Source: Porticoccus sp. W117 (lineage in GTDB: Bacteria; Pseudomonadota; Gammaproteobacteria; Pseudomonadales; Porticoccaceae). Taken from it: 64,000 bases of DNA. This document shows, piece by piece, positions 43,880-52,163 of the stretch; positions within the stretch are counted from its first letter, which is position 1, and each line of letters opens with the position of its first letter. The notes under the pieces were generated by a model. It did not search any database and was not told the origin of the DNA. It worked only from the letters and a program-made list of their open reading frames with translations. Made by a program: the position numbers and the translations under genes. The stretch covers positions 17,406-81,405 of the forward strand of contig NZ_JATAAF010000012.1 in the NCBI RefSeq assembly GCF_030341905.1. The letters run 5' to 3'.

Positions 43880-44264
43880 AGGTGATCAGTCTGTCGGACT
43901 GCAAGGCGGCATCTGCCAGCTCCCCCAGTCCCTGCAACTTGAAGTTCGGCTCGTCCAGATTGCCGCTGTTGTAATCGTAGCGTTCGGCTTCTTCGCTATC
44001 GACAATGCCGCGCCGCAGGGCGGAGGCGATACACACGGTCATGCGTGTGCCATGCTTTTCCCCAAGGGACTTCCAGGCTTCCCGGATATTGTCTTCGCCC
44101 TGTGGTGGTGTCAGCAGTTGTGATCCGTTGTGGACACCATCGTTATAGAAAAACACCCGATAAATCTGGTGCCCGCTTTCAAGTGCTGCATTGGCAAAAC
44201 GCAGGGCGGATGATGCAGCCTGGTGGCTGCCGGGGGCGCCGAGAACGATCAGGGAAAATTTCAT
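43869..44264 (-). CDS. tusD: sulfurtransferase complex subunit TusD (DsrE)
   Basis: MKFSLIVLGAPGSHQAASSALRFANAA. Conserved Cys in VCIASALRRG. Confidence 0.85.
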   Translation of the reverse strand: MKFSLIVLGAPGSHQAASSALRFANAALESGHQIYRVFFYNDGVHNGSQLLTPPQGEDNIREAWKSLGEKHGTRMTVCIASALRRGIVDSEEAERYDYNSGNLDEPNFKLQGLGELADAALQSDRLITFGR

Positions 44265-44284
44265 GGTCTGGAGAAAGGGGAATT

Positions 44285-44313
44285 AAAAAAGCCCGGCGAA
44301 CCGGGCTTTTTTG
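44285..44313. terminator. bidirectional intrinsic terminator (aaaaaa-gcccggcgaaccgggc-tttttt) between tusD and the BI-1 gene
   Basis: Perfect 6-bp GC stem flanked by an A-run and a T-run. Confidence 0.75.
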
Positions 44314-44314
44314 A

Positions 44315-45022
44315 TCAGTCGTCAGCAAAGCCGATTAAGTGTAATAGATTGGTAAACAGAATATGAATATCAAGGTAGAGCTGGGTAGTAGCCATAATGT
44401 AGTTGCGTTCACCACCATTAACAATGCGGCTGGTGTCAAAAAGAATAAAGCCAGAGAATACAAGTGCCGACAATGCATTGACAGCTAAAAAGGCTCCACT
44501 TAATTGAACGCCAAAAAGGCTTGCAACGGCTAAACCAATAGAAGACAGAAAAACAATGATAAAGCCAGTAAATAAAAAGCCTTTCAAAAATGTAAAGTCT
44601 TTCTTGGTATTAATAACGTAGGCGGAGAGTATTAAAAATACTGCAGCCGTACTACCTAGTGCTTGCATTACAACGCTTGAGCCATTTGGCATGGACAGGT
44701 AGTGATTGAGGATCGGCCCAAGAGAGAAACCGAGCAGGCCGGTAAACAGGAATACAACGGGCAAGCCGGCGGCAGAATTGGCGGTACGTGGCAATACAAA
44801 CCAGACTACAACGATAGCGGCTATGCTGGCACCTAGCGCGAGTCCGTGGCCCACTTCCATAGTAGTAGAAAGCCACGCTGCTGCGGCACTGAATAGCAGC
44901 GTCATGGAAAGTAAAAGATAGGTATTCTTGAGAACCTTATTGATCTCGACCGCTGACTCAATCCCGCGAGGGGCGGTGGTTGCAGCGGCTTTGGTTGAAA
45001 CAGAATAATGTTGTTCAGCCAT
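44315..45022 (-). CDS. Bax-inhibitor-1/YccA-family membrane protein
   Basis: Seven predicted TM helices, a family-like N-terminal region. Start MAEQHYSV at 45022 with a GGAG RBS. Confidence 0.8.
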   Translation of the reverse strand: MAEQHYSVSTKAAATTAPRGIESAVEINKVLKNTYLLLSMTLLFSAAAAWLSTTMEVGHGLALGASIAAIVVVWFVLPRTANSAAGLPVVFLFTGLLGFSLGPILNHYLSMPNGSSVVMQALGSTAAVFLILSAYVINTKKDFTFLKGFLFTGFIIVFLSSIGLAVASLFGVQLSGAFLAVNALSALVFSGFILFDTSRIVNGGERNYIMATTQLYLDIHILFTNLLHLIGFADD

Positions 45023-45216
45023 TTCAGACTCCATTGAGTAAATATCTAGGCTAATCATACAAACCCATTGGGCTAAATCAAGAGAAATTAACCTAGATTT
45101 ACCTGACCAGAAATTACTTGCGAGTGCTGAGATATGCAGGTACAACAATAAGTGGGCAGCGGAGCAGGGTAGTTTCGCAAACCCTTACGGAGAGTACTTG
45201 TTTATCGGGGTAAGTT

Positions 45217-46707
45217 ATGGGGATGGCAGTTGATCGCGCCGAATTTACGGATAGCGACTATAAAAATTTCAGTAAAAAACTCAATCGTAATCTCACAGCA
45301 CTAAAACATGTATTGGCACAGCCGGGGTTTGGCGAAGGGGAGGCCTCTCTGGGAGCGGAGATGGAGGTCTACCTGGTAGACCCGGAAGGCAGGCCATTGC
45401 ACCGCAACCGGGAAATCCTCAAAGCCTTTGACGACCCGCTGCTTACCCTGGAACTCAACCGTTACAACCTGGAATACAACTTCAAGCCCATGCCTGCTCG
45501 CGGCACGCCGTTTAGCACCATTGAGCGGGACGCCAGGGATGCACTCAACAAGCTCGACAAAATTGCCAGGGATTTTAATGGCCGGGTGCTGCCCATAGGC
45601 ATTCTGCCCACTCTGCGGGAAACAGACTTTGGCGCCGATGCCATGACCGACGAACCCCGCTATCACGCCCTGGTGGATATGCTGAAGCGGGTACACAAAC
45701 CCGATGCCTCTACCTTCGGTTTGGAAATCAACGGCGCTGACCCACTGAATCTGAGCGACGCTCATATCACCATGGAAGGGGCTTGCACCTCGTTCCAGTT
45801 GCACTACCGGGTGCAGCCGGCAGAATTTGCCAGTGCCTGGAACGCCATTCAGCTGGTGTCCCCGGTAGTACTTGGCCTGGCGGCCAATTCGCCGTTTATG
45901 CTCGGCCACCGTTTGTGGCACGAAACCCGCATTCCTCTGTTCCAGCAATCTTTGGAGGGAATACCTAACCAAAACCTGGAATGGCGCTTGCCCCGTAGAG
46001 TCTGCTTTGGGCTCGGCTGGGCACGCCACAGCGCCGCAGAACTGTTCGAGCAGATGGCGCGGCTTTACCCACCACTGATTCCGCAATGCCATGAAGAAGA
46101 CCCGCTGGACATGGTGGATAACCGCCTGCCAGAGCTGCACGAACTGTTAATGCACACCAGCACCGTGTGGTCATGGAACCGGGCGATCTACAGTACCGGC
46201 GACAATGGCCACCTGCGTATAGAAATGCGCTCGCTACCGGCGGGCCCAACTGGTGTTGATATGGCAGCCAATGCGGCGTTTTTTGTCGGGCTGGCAGCGG
46301 GCATGCGCGAGCAGGCGGATAAAATGGCGACCCTGTTGCCGTTCGAATACGCGGAATACAATTTTTACCGGGCGGCGCGGGATGGCATTGATGCCAGGGT
46401 AATCTGGCCAACCAAGCGCAATATCGGCCTCGACGAAATAAACATCACCGACCTGGCGGAATCCCTGTTGCCCACCGCAGAAGCGGGGCTGGCACGCCTC
46501 GGTGTGGACTACAGTGAAGTGCAGCGCTTTTTGTCCGTAATCTCTGAACGCATAGACTGCCACCGCAACGGTGCCAGCTGGCAGCTGGGCCAGTTTAATC
46601 GCCTGCACAAAAGCCTGGATCGGGAGCAAGCCCTGTCGCGCATGGTGACGCTCTATCGGGAACGGGCCAAAAGCAACATTCCTGTGGCCCAGTGGAATTA
46701 CGAGTAA
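45217..46707 (+). CDS. GCS2-family carboxylate-amine ligase (glutamate--cysteine ligase-like)
   Basis: 496 aa. Pattern resembles the GCS2/YbdK-type ligase fold (RVLPIGILPT, HYRVQP). Exact substrate unknown. Confidence 0.6.
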   Translation: MGMAVDRAEFTDSDYKNFSKKLNRNLTALKHVLAQPGFGEGEASLGAEMEVYLVDPEGRPLHRNREILKAFDDPLLTLELNRYNLEYNFKPMPARGTPFSTIERDARDALNKLDKIARDFNGRVLPIGILPTLRETDFGADAMTDEPRYHALVDMLKRVHKPDASTFGLEINGADPLNLSDAHITMEGACTSFQLHYRVQPAEFASAWNAIQLVSPVVLGLAANSPFMLGHRLWHETRIPLFQQSLEGIPNQNLEWRLPRRVCFGLGWARHSAAELFEQMARLYPPLIPQCHEEDPLDMVDNRLPELHELLMHTSTVWSWNRAIYSTGDNGHLRIEMRSLPAGPTGVDMAANAAFFVGLAAGMREQADKMATLLPFEYAEYNFYRAARDGIDARVIWPTKRNIGLDEINITDLAESLLPTAEAGLARLGVDYSEVQRFLSVISERIDCHRNGASWQLGQFNRLHKSLDREQALSRMVTLYRERAKSNIPVAQWNYE

Positions 46708-46756
46708 CTTATGTTGTATGAAGCGTTGAGTACAGAGATTGGGTAAAGAAAAAACC

Positions 46757-47779
46757 ATGGGACAAGCGGAGCCGTTGTGGAATACCTGGGAAGCGCCTGC
46801 TCCCAATGAGATACCCGAAAACCTGGAAGAATTCTTATGCCACCTGAGCGGCCCCACGGTAATTAGTTTGCCTGGTGCTGACCCGTCCACTACACGAGTA
46901 GCGGTTACGCTGTTGCACGGCAACGAACCCTCTGGCGCCAAAGCCATTCACCGCCTGCTACGGGAAGGTTTCCAGCCTGCTACAAATACATTACTGGTAT
47001 TGGCGTGCATCGCTACCGCGCTGACAGAGCCACTGTTCAGCCACCGGCTGTTGCCGGGCTGCCGGGACATGAACCGCTGCTTTAAGCCGCCATTTGATGA
47101 CTATCAGGGCCAGCTCGCCAAAAGCCTGATTGATACCCTGGCCGGCCTGCAGCCGGAAGCCATTGTCGACCTGCACAACACCTCCGGCGATGGCCCGGCG
47201 TTTGCAGTTACCAGCCAATTTGGTGTTGAGCATATGTCCCTGGCCAACCTGTTTACATCGCGCCTGGTGTATACGGATCTGAGCCTGGGCTCGTTGATGG
47301 AAATAACCGAACCGGGTTGCCCCGTCGTTACCATTGAATGTGGCGGTGCCCGGCAGGCAGAGTCCGATGATGTGGCTTACCAGGGGTTACAGGAATACCT
47401 GCTGCGCCCCCACCTGTTTAAAAATGCCGCTGCCGTACAACTGGATTTGTATCGTCATCCTATGCGCCTGGAACTGAAGGAAGGGTTCCAAATTGATTGC
47501 AGCAGCCAGCCCACGGATGCGGATGTTACCTTGCAGCGCGGTGTTCAAAATTTGAATTTTGGCGAAGTGGAAACTGGCCAACAACTGGCCTGGCTGGGTG
47601 AGCAGGGCATGGCGGCGCTGCAGGTGAAAGACGGTGAGGGCGGCAATCGCCTCGACGAGTTTTTTGAGCAGCGGGAAGGGATGTTGTGTACCCGGCAGCC
47701 GCTGAAACTATTTATGGTGACGGAAAACCCGCATATTGCAGCGACGGATTGTTTGTTTTACTTGGTGGGGGTGGAGTGA
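46757..47779 (+). CDS. succinylglutamate desuccinylase/aspartoacylase (AstE/AspA) family zinc hydrolase
   Basis: Family zinc-ligand motifs VTLLHGNEPSG and DLHNTSGDG, consistent with this family. First ATG at 46757 (the track ORF starts at an upstream TTG). Confidence 0.7.
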   Translation: MGQAEPLWNTWEAPAPNEIPENLEEFLCHLSGPTVISLPGADPSTTRVAVTLLHGNEPSGAKAIHRLLREGFQPATNTLLVLACIATALTEPLFSHRLLPGCRDMNRCFKPPFDDYQGQLAKSLIDTLAGLQPEAIVDLHNTSGDGPAFAVTSQFGVEHMSLANLFTSRLVYTDLSLGSLMEITEPGCPVVTIECGGARQAESDDVAYQGLQEYLLRPHLFKNAAAVQLDLYRHPMRLELKEGFQIDCSSQPTDADVTLQRGVQNLNFGEVETGQQLAWLGEQGMAALQVKDGEGGNRLDEFFEQREGMLCTRQPLKLFMVTENPHIAATDCLFYLVGVE

Positions 47780-47941
47780 GCTGGGTTTCACCCCGTCATA
47801 GCGAGTAGTGACGCTGCATCTAGAGAATTGGAGGCCTTGATGTTTTATCCGATTTACCTGGACTATTCAGAATGTATTCTCATCATCACCATTTTATGAT
47901 TATGATGACGAACTATAAACACTGAGGGATAAAAACTACAC

Positions 47942-49081
47942 ATGCAGGACGCTTATATCACCGGAGTTGGCCGCTTCTTACCTGGCCCGACTATCAGCAA
48001 TAAAGAAGTAGAAGATTATATTGGCTGTATTCATGGTCAGCCCTCTGCTTTCAGAGCAGCCACTCTTCGCAAAAACGGCATCAAGACTCGCCACTACGCT
48101 GTCGATATTGAAGGTAATCACCTTTATACCAATGCTCAAATGGCTGCCGAAGCGATACGTGCAGCAGCGGCGAACGCCAAGCACGATGTAGCCTCTTTGC
48201 AACTACTGGCTACCAGTACAACTCAGGGTGATTTATTGGTGCCTGGGTTTGCCAGTGCTGTGCATGGTGAATTGGGCATACCGCCGCTAGAGCTAGCATC
48301 CTTCCAAAGTGTATGCGCTAGTAGCATGATGGCTATTAAAAACGCTTACCTGAATATCAGGTCTGGCGATAAACAAACAGCCGCTGCTTGTGGCAGTGAG
48401 TTTTCAAGCCGCTGGTTTCGCCCTGGCTTTTATGAATCTTGTGTTGCAGAGGAAGAGGCTCGCAAGCCGCCCATCGATCTGGATTTCTTGCGCTGGACAT
48501 TGTCCGATGGTGCTGGTGCTTTATTTATAGAGCCCAACCCCAAATCGGATGGAGTGTCCTTACGCTGTGACTGGATTGACCTTCAATCGTTTGCTGATCG
48601 CTTCGATCCTTGTATGTACGCTGGCTCCAGTAGCAATGTGCCAGGGGAAAATTTACCTTGGAGCCATTATGCCTCACCGCAGGAAGCTTACCAAGCAGGC
48701 GCGATGGCACTGAGACAGGATTTTGAATTGCTCTATAAAATGTTCCCGGTGTGGCTTGGGTACTACCTGAGTCTGATGGACAAACACGGCTTTAATCCAG
48801 AAAGCATTGACTATTACTTACCTCATTACTCGGCCAAATCCTTGGGCGAAGAGATGAAAAAACTGATGAAGAGCGCTGGGGCTATGATTCCGGAGGAGCG
48901 TTGGTTTAATAATCTAACCACTGTAGGTAATACCGGCTCGGCTTCGATTTTTTTGATGTTGGAAGAACTCTTGCGCGAACAAGATCTACAGCCGGGTCAG
49001 ACTATTCTTTGTTTCGTGCCAGAAAGCGGCCGTTGTATAGCCTCATTTATGCACCTCACTGTTGTCACCAACAAGGACTAA
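47942..49081 (+). CDS. 3-oxoacyl-ACP synthase III (FabH)-like condensing enzyme / acyltransferase
   Basis: N-terminal ITGVGRFLPGPTISNKE, candidate Cys-His-Asn triad (QSVCASSMMA, HYSAK, VGNTGSASI). AT-richer than upstream genes. Confidence 0.75.
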   Translation: MQDAYITGVGRFLPGPTISNKEVEDYIGCIHGQPSAFRAATLRKNGIKTRHYAVDIEGNHLYTNAQMAAEAIRAAAANAKHDVASLQLLATSTTQGDLLVPGFASAVHGELGIPPLELASFQSVCASSMMAIKNAYLNIRSGDKQTAAACGSEFSSRWFRPGFYESCVAEEEARKPPIDLDFLRWTLSDGAGALFIEPNPKSDGVSLRCDWIDLQSFADRFDPCMYAGSSSNVPGENLPWSHYASPQEAYQAGAMALRQDFELLYKMFPVWLGYYLSLMDKHGFNPESIDYYLPHYSAKSLGEEMKKLMKSAGAMIPEERWFNNLTTVGNTGSASIFLMLEELLREQDLQPGQTILCFVPESGRCIASFMHLTVVTNKD

Positions 49082-49087
49082 CCAGAT

Positions 49088-49774
49088 ATGGAAATGAAAT
49101 CCTCTAAAACAGCGGCACAAGCTGTAATGCGTCAACTCATAATCACATGGACCGATTTTGAAAGTCGCCTCCTGAAAGTGCCTATTATCGAGCGCATTAT
49201 GCGCGATCAATTACAGCTGGAAGATTATCGCCAAATCCTGCTAAACCATCGTCAGCAGGTTATAGAAGGCAGTCGTTGGATCGCCCGAGCCTCCTCTTCT
49301 ATTGATAATCGCTACCCGGAACTACGCTCTACTTTTATTCGTCATGCCAATACTGAGCATCGCGATTATCAGATGTTGGACGCAAATTACTTGTCAGTAG
49401 GTGGCGACGTAGAGACGTTGGCCAACAGTGAAAAGAATATAGGTAGTGAAGCCTTGTCTGCGTGGATGTTTCACCAAGCCAGTCAGCCCAATCCATTCGA
49501 CCTGTTAGGCGCAATGTTCATTATCGAGGGATTGGGAAAACAGTTTGCCCGCACCTTCGCTCAGAAAATTCAGAAACAATTGAGACTGAGCGATGATCAA
49601 GTGAGTTTCTACCTATACCATGCTGATCACGACGAAGAGCATATTGGTGAACTGGAAGATGCGCTGCAAAGCGGTATTCTCAGCGATGATGGCTTAGCCG
49701 GCCGCATTGCCAAGACCGCGCGGGTAACCGCCAGGCTTTATCTGTTGCAGTTGGAAGAACTGGGGAACTACTGA
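49088..49774 (+). CDS. heme-oxygenase-like fold protein, probable diiron oxidase (CADD/PqqC/TenA superfamily)
   Basis: 228 aa. Candidate metal ligands E...H (ANTEHRDYQ), E (IIEGLGKQF) and H-x3-D-x2-H (YHADHDEEH) spaced as in CADD-type enzymes. AAGGA RBS 6 nt after the KAS-III stop. Confidence 0.6.
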   Translation: MEMKSSKTAAQAVMRQLIITWTDFESRLLKVPIIERIMRDQLQLEDYRQILLNHRQQVIEGSRWIARASSSIDNRYPELRSTFIRHANTEHRDYQMLDANYLSVGGDVETLANSEKNIGSEALSAWMFHQASQPNPFDLLGAMFIIEGLGKQFARTFAQKIQKQLRLSDDQVSFYLYHADHDEEHIGELEDALQSGILSDDGLAGRIAKTARVTARLYLLQLEELGNY

Positions 49775-50634
49775 TGAGTTGGTCTGACGATTTCGACAAT
49801 CAAACCATCAATACAAAAGACCCTAATCCTTGGCTGGCACTCTATCTGGATGGCAGTTTGCCTATGCACGATCCTGCCAAGCAGGCGCTGCTGCGTGGTC
49901 ACAATACTTGGACCCGACGACTGCTTCTGCCCATTGTTCGTCCGCTTGCGCGGCTAAATATTATTTTGGTGCAACTTCTTCGAGTCATTTTGCCCGAGCG
50001 TTGTAGTTCTTCGCGGATATTGCACAAAACCATCTATTGGGGATTGAAAACTTTCGTCCGAAACGATGCCAATTACCTAATTTTGAGGCACTTCCATATC
50101 GGCACGGAGATACTGGGTTTTATTGCTGATAACGCCAAGGTCACCATCGAGAGTACCGAACCCCTGCGTCCCAATAATTTGGAAGGTTTAATCGAGGATA
50201 CCTTCCTGATTCACGATCTGAATATATTCAACTTTATTTTGGAGTTAAATCACAAGCTGAAGGAAGAGGGGCGGGATCTGACAGCTCCCGAACACCTTAA
50301 TTTGGGTTCTATTACCGATGGCGAGTTTGATATTGAGTTACCTAAAGAGAAGGCATTCAATGTGTTGGACTTACAGACAGCTATTGAAATGTATACGCCT
50401 TTGTACGCGCTGTTTCTATCCGATCGAGACTTCTGGCGTGCTAGTAATTCTTTACAGCTGGATGAAACGATTGCCATTTACATCGGTAAAATACTGAATG
50501 ATGCCATACCATTGGGTTTGGTGAATAATCGGCATCCGTCAGTACCTGTGTCGACTTTACAGGCGGGATTTCGGTTGATGCTGCATGGCTTGGATGCAGA
50601 GATTCTGCATGGATACCTGAGGAGTTTGAAATAA
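49774..50634 (+). CDS. hypothetical protein (286 aa), translationally coupled to the upstream gene (TGATG overlap)
   Basis: Stop/start overlap with the diiron-oxidase gene. No motif I recognise. Confidence 0.55.
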   Translation: MSWSDDFDNQTINTKDPNPWLALYLDGSLPMHDPAKQALLRGHNTWTRRLLLPIVRPLARLNIILVQLLRVILPERCSSSRILHKTIYWGLKTFVRNDANYLILRHFHIGTEILGFIADNAKVTIESTEPLRPNNLEGLIEDTFLIHDLNIFNFILELNHKLKEEGRDLTAPEHLNLGSITDGEFDIELPKEKAFNVLDLQTAIEMYTPLYALFLSDRDFWRASNSLQLDETIAIYIGKILNDAIPLGLVNNRHPSVPVSTLQAGFRLMLHGLDAEILHGYLRSLK

Positions 50635-50685
50635 CTGCTTATGTCTCAGCGGGTGAGTTATCAAATCTACCCCCACAGGTATCTA

Positions 50686-51312
50686 CTAGTCTCCCCCACA
50701 GCTACCACATGAGCTGCTGCAACCTCCACCACAGCGACCGTCTTTACCACCACCTTTACCACCGAAGCTGGCAAACAAAAATCGCAGAGCCAAAAAGCCC
50801 ACGACACACCAAAACCCTATTTCTAACCAACTGGTGCTTTGATCCCCACTTTCTGCAAAGGCAGTCGCTACGGTTCCTGCTAACGCTGCGGGTACAAACC
50901 ACTTCAGTATGTGACTCTTATTATTTGGCTTTGAATTCCATACTAATTGTGGCGGCTCTTTGCCAAATTCGGCTCGATAAAGGGCAAGGGTTTTCTCGAA
51001 TTGCATTTGCATCTGAGTATCTGAGGGAGTGTGATGCAGCTCGGCTCCAAGTATTTCTGAGCAAAACCGACCCCAGTAGGATTTAGTGAATGTCAGGTGT
51101 AAATGCCATACAAGATCAATCGCAGGGGAGGGTGAAACCATACCTTGCTGCAAGGTGGCCAGATAGCAAAATCGCTTGTATTCATCTACTACCTCTAGAC
51201 AGTGATTATGCTTCCAGCCAGTTTCTTGCTTTAGCTTGGTGATAAATAAATCATATTGCCGATCAGCAATTTTGTGATTACGAAGCCGATTCCATAGTTC
51301 TTGATTTGTCAT
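50686..51312 (-). CDS. DUF1399-like domain membrane protein with C-terminal Gly/Cys-rich tail
   Basis: 208 aa. N-terminal ~140-aa domain with IDLVWHLHLTFTKSYWGRFC (reminiscent of the plant/bacterial glycine-rich-domain protein family). One TM helix (WLEIGFWCVVGFLALRFLFASF). Tail GGKGGGKDGRCGGGCSSSCGSCGGD. ATGA start/stop overlap with the upstream NTase gene. Confidence 0.6.
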   Translation of the reverse strand: MTNQELWNRLRNHKIADRQYDLFITKLKQETGWKHNHCLEVVDEYKRFCYLATLQQGMVSPSPAIDLVWHLHLTFTKSYWGRFCSEILGAELHHTPSDTQMQMQFEKTLALYRAEFGKEPPQLVWNSKPNNKSHILKWFVPAALAGTVATAFAESGDQSTSWLEIGFWCVVGFLALRFLFASFGGKGGGKDGRCGGGCSSSCGSCGGD

Positions 51313-52106
51313 GCTACCCCCAATACTGAATGAAACAACTCGTTCAAATCTGACATATCAGGCCTAAGCATTGCCTTATCCAAATCAAGGTTGCTCAAAC
51401 GCTCAATCTCCGATTCCACATAATCATTGAGCGCCTTGATGGCGGGTACAAGCTCTTTTTCGGTGCTGGCTTGTTTGCGTTTCAAAAGAGCAGTTATCTC
51501 CCGATCAAGTTCTGATCCGTCAGGCACTAGCTTGCGCAGCCGATCAAATTCGATGGGCGGAGGTTCGCGGTACTCTTCTAACCAGCGGACAGAGAGCAGG
51601 GGGCGCAGCACATAGAAGTACTTTTTCAGGGGTACGATTTCTGCTTGCAAGTAACCACGGTAGTTGGTTTTGGCCATACTGCGATAATGATAGATGCCTT
51701 TTTCAACAGAGTATCCCCGGCTAAGCAAACTTCTGGCTTGTTCAGCAAAGTGGCCATCATCTACGTACACAATAGGTGATTGGAGCCACTCCACAAACGA
51801 GGGGTTAGACTTGCTGAAAAGCCTCAGTGCTTTGCGAACATCCCAGCCATTGATGTCTATTTCGTCGACTATCTCGTATTCGATCACATCCCGTTTATCT
51901 TCCAGATCTACAGCCACATACCAATCTTTTGGGTGCGCGTAGATAAAGCGAACATCAAAGTCGCTGTTTTGTGAGGCGAACCCCCAGGCTCTGCTGCCGG
52001 ATTCCACAGCGTACAGAATTTTGACGCTGTGTTCTTTTTCGGCGGCGCGTATTCGTCGCAGGATTTCTGCTCGGGTTTCTTTAGGTATCACATGTTCCAT
52101 CATCAT
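51309..52106 (-). CDS. Pol-beta-superfamily nucleotidyltransferase (RlaP/PF10127-like)
   Basis: GS-x9-DxD NTase motif in ILYAVESGSRAWGFASQNSDFDVRFIY. 265 aa. Confidence 0.7.
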   Translation of the reverse strand: MMMEHVIPKETRAEILRRIRAAEKEHSVKILYAVESGSRAWGFASQNSDFDVRFIYAHPKDWYVAVDLEDKRDVIEYEIVDEIDINGWDVRKALRLFSKSNPSFVEWLQSPIVYVDDGHFAEQARSLLSRGYSVEKGIYHYRSMAKTNYRGYLQAEIVPLKKYFYVLRPLLSVRWLEEYREPPPIEFDRLRKLVPDGSELDREITALLKRKQASTEKELVPAIKALNDYVESEIERLSNLDLDKAMLRPDMSDLNELFHSVLGVA

Positions 52107-52163
52107 GATGTCACCTATCAGTGAAAGCCATCTATTCGCCGCAATAGCAAATAGATGGCGGGT

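Noticed and set aside
47859-47886. sigma-70 promoter for the KAS-III operon (TTTACC-N16-TATTCT)
   Set aside because: Plausible by spacing, but AT-rich DNA yields many such matches by chance. Not listed as a feature.
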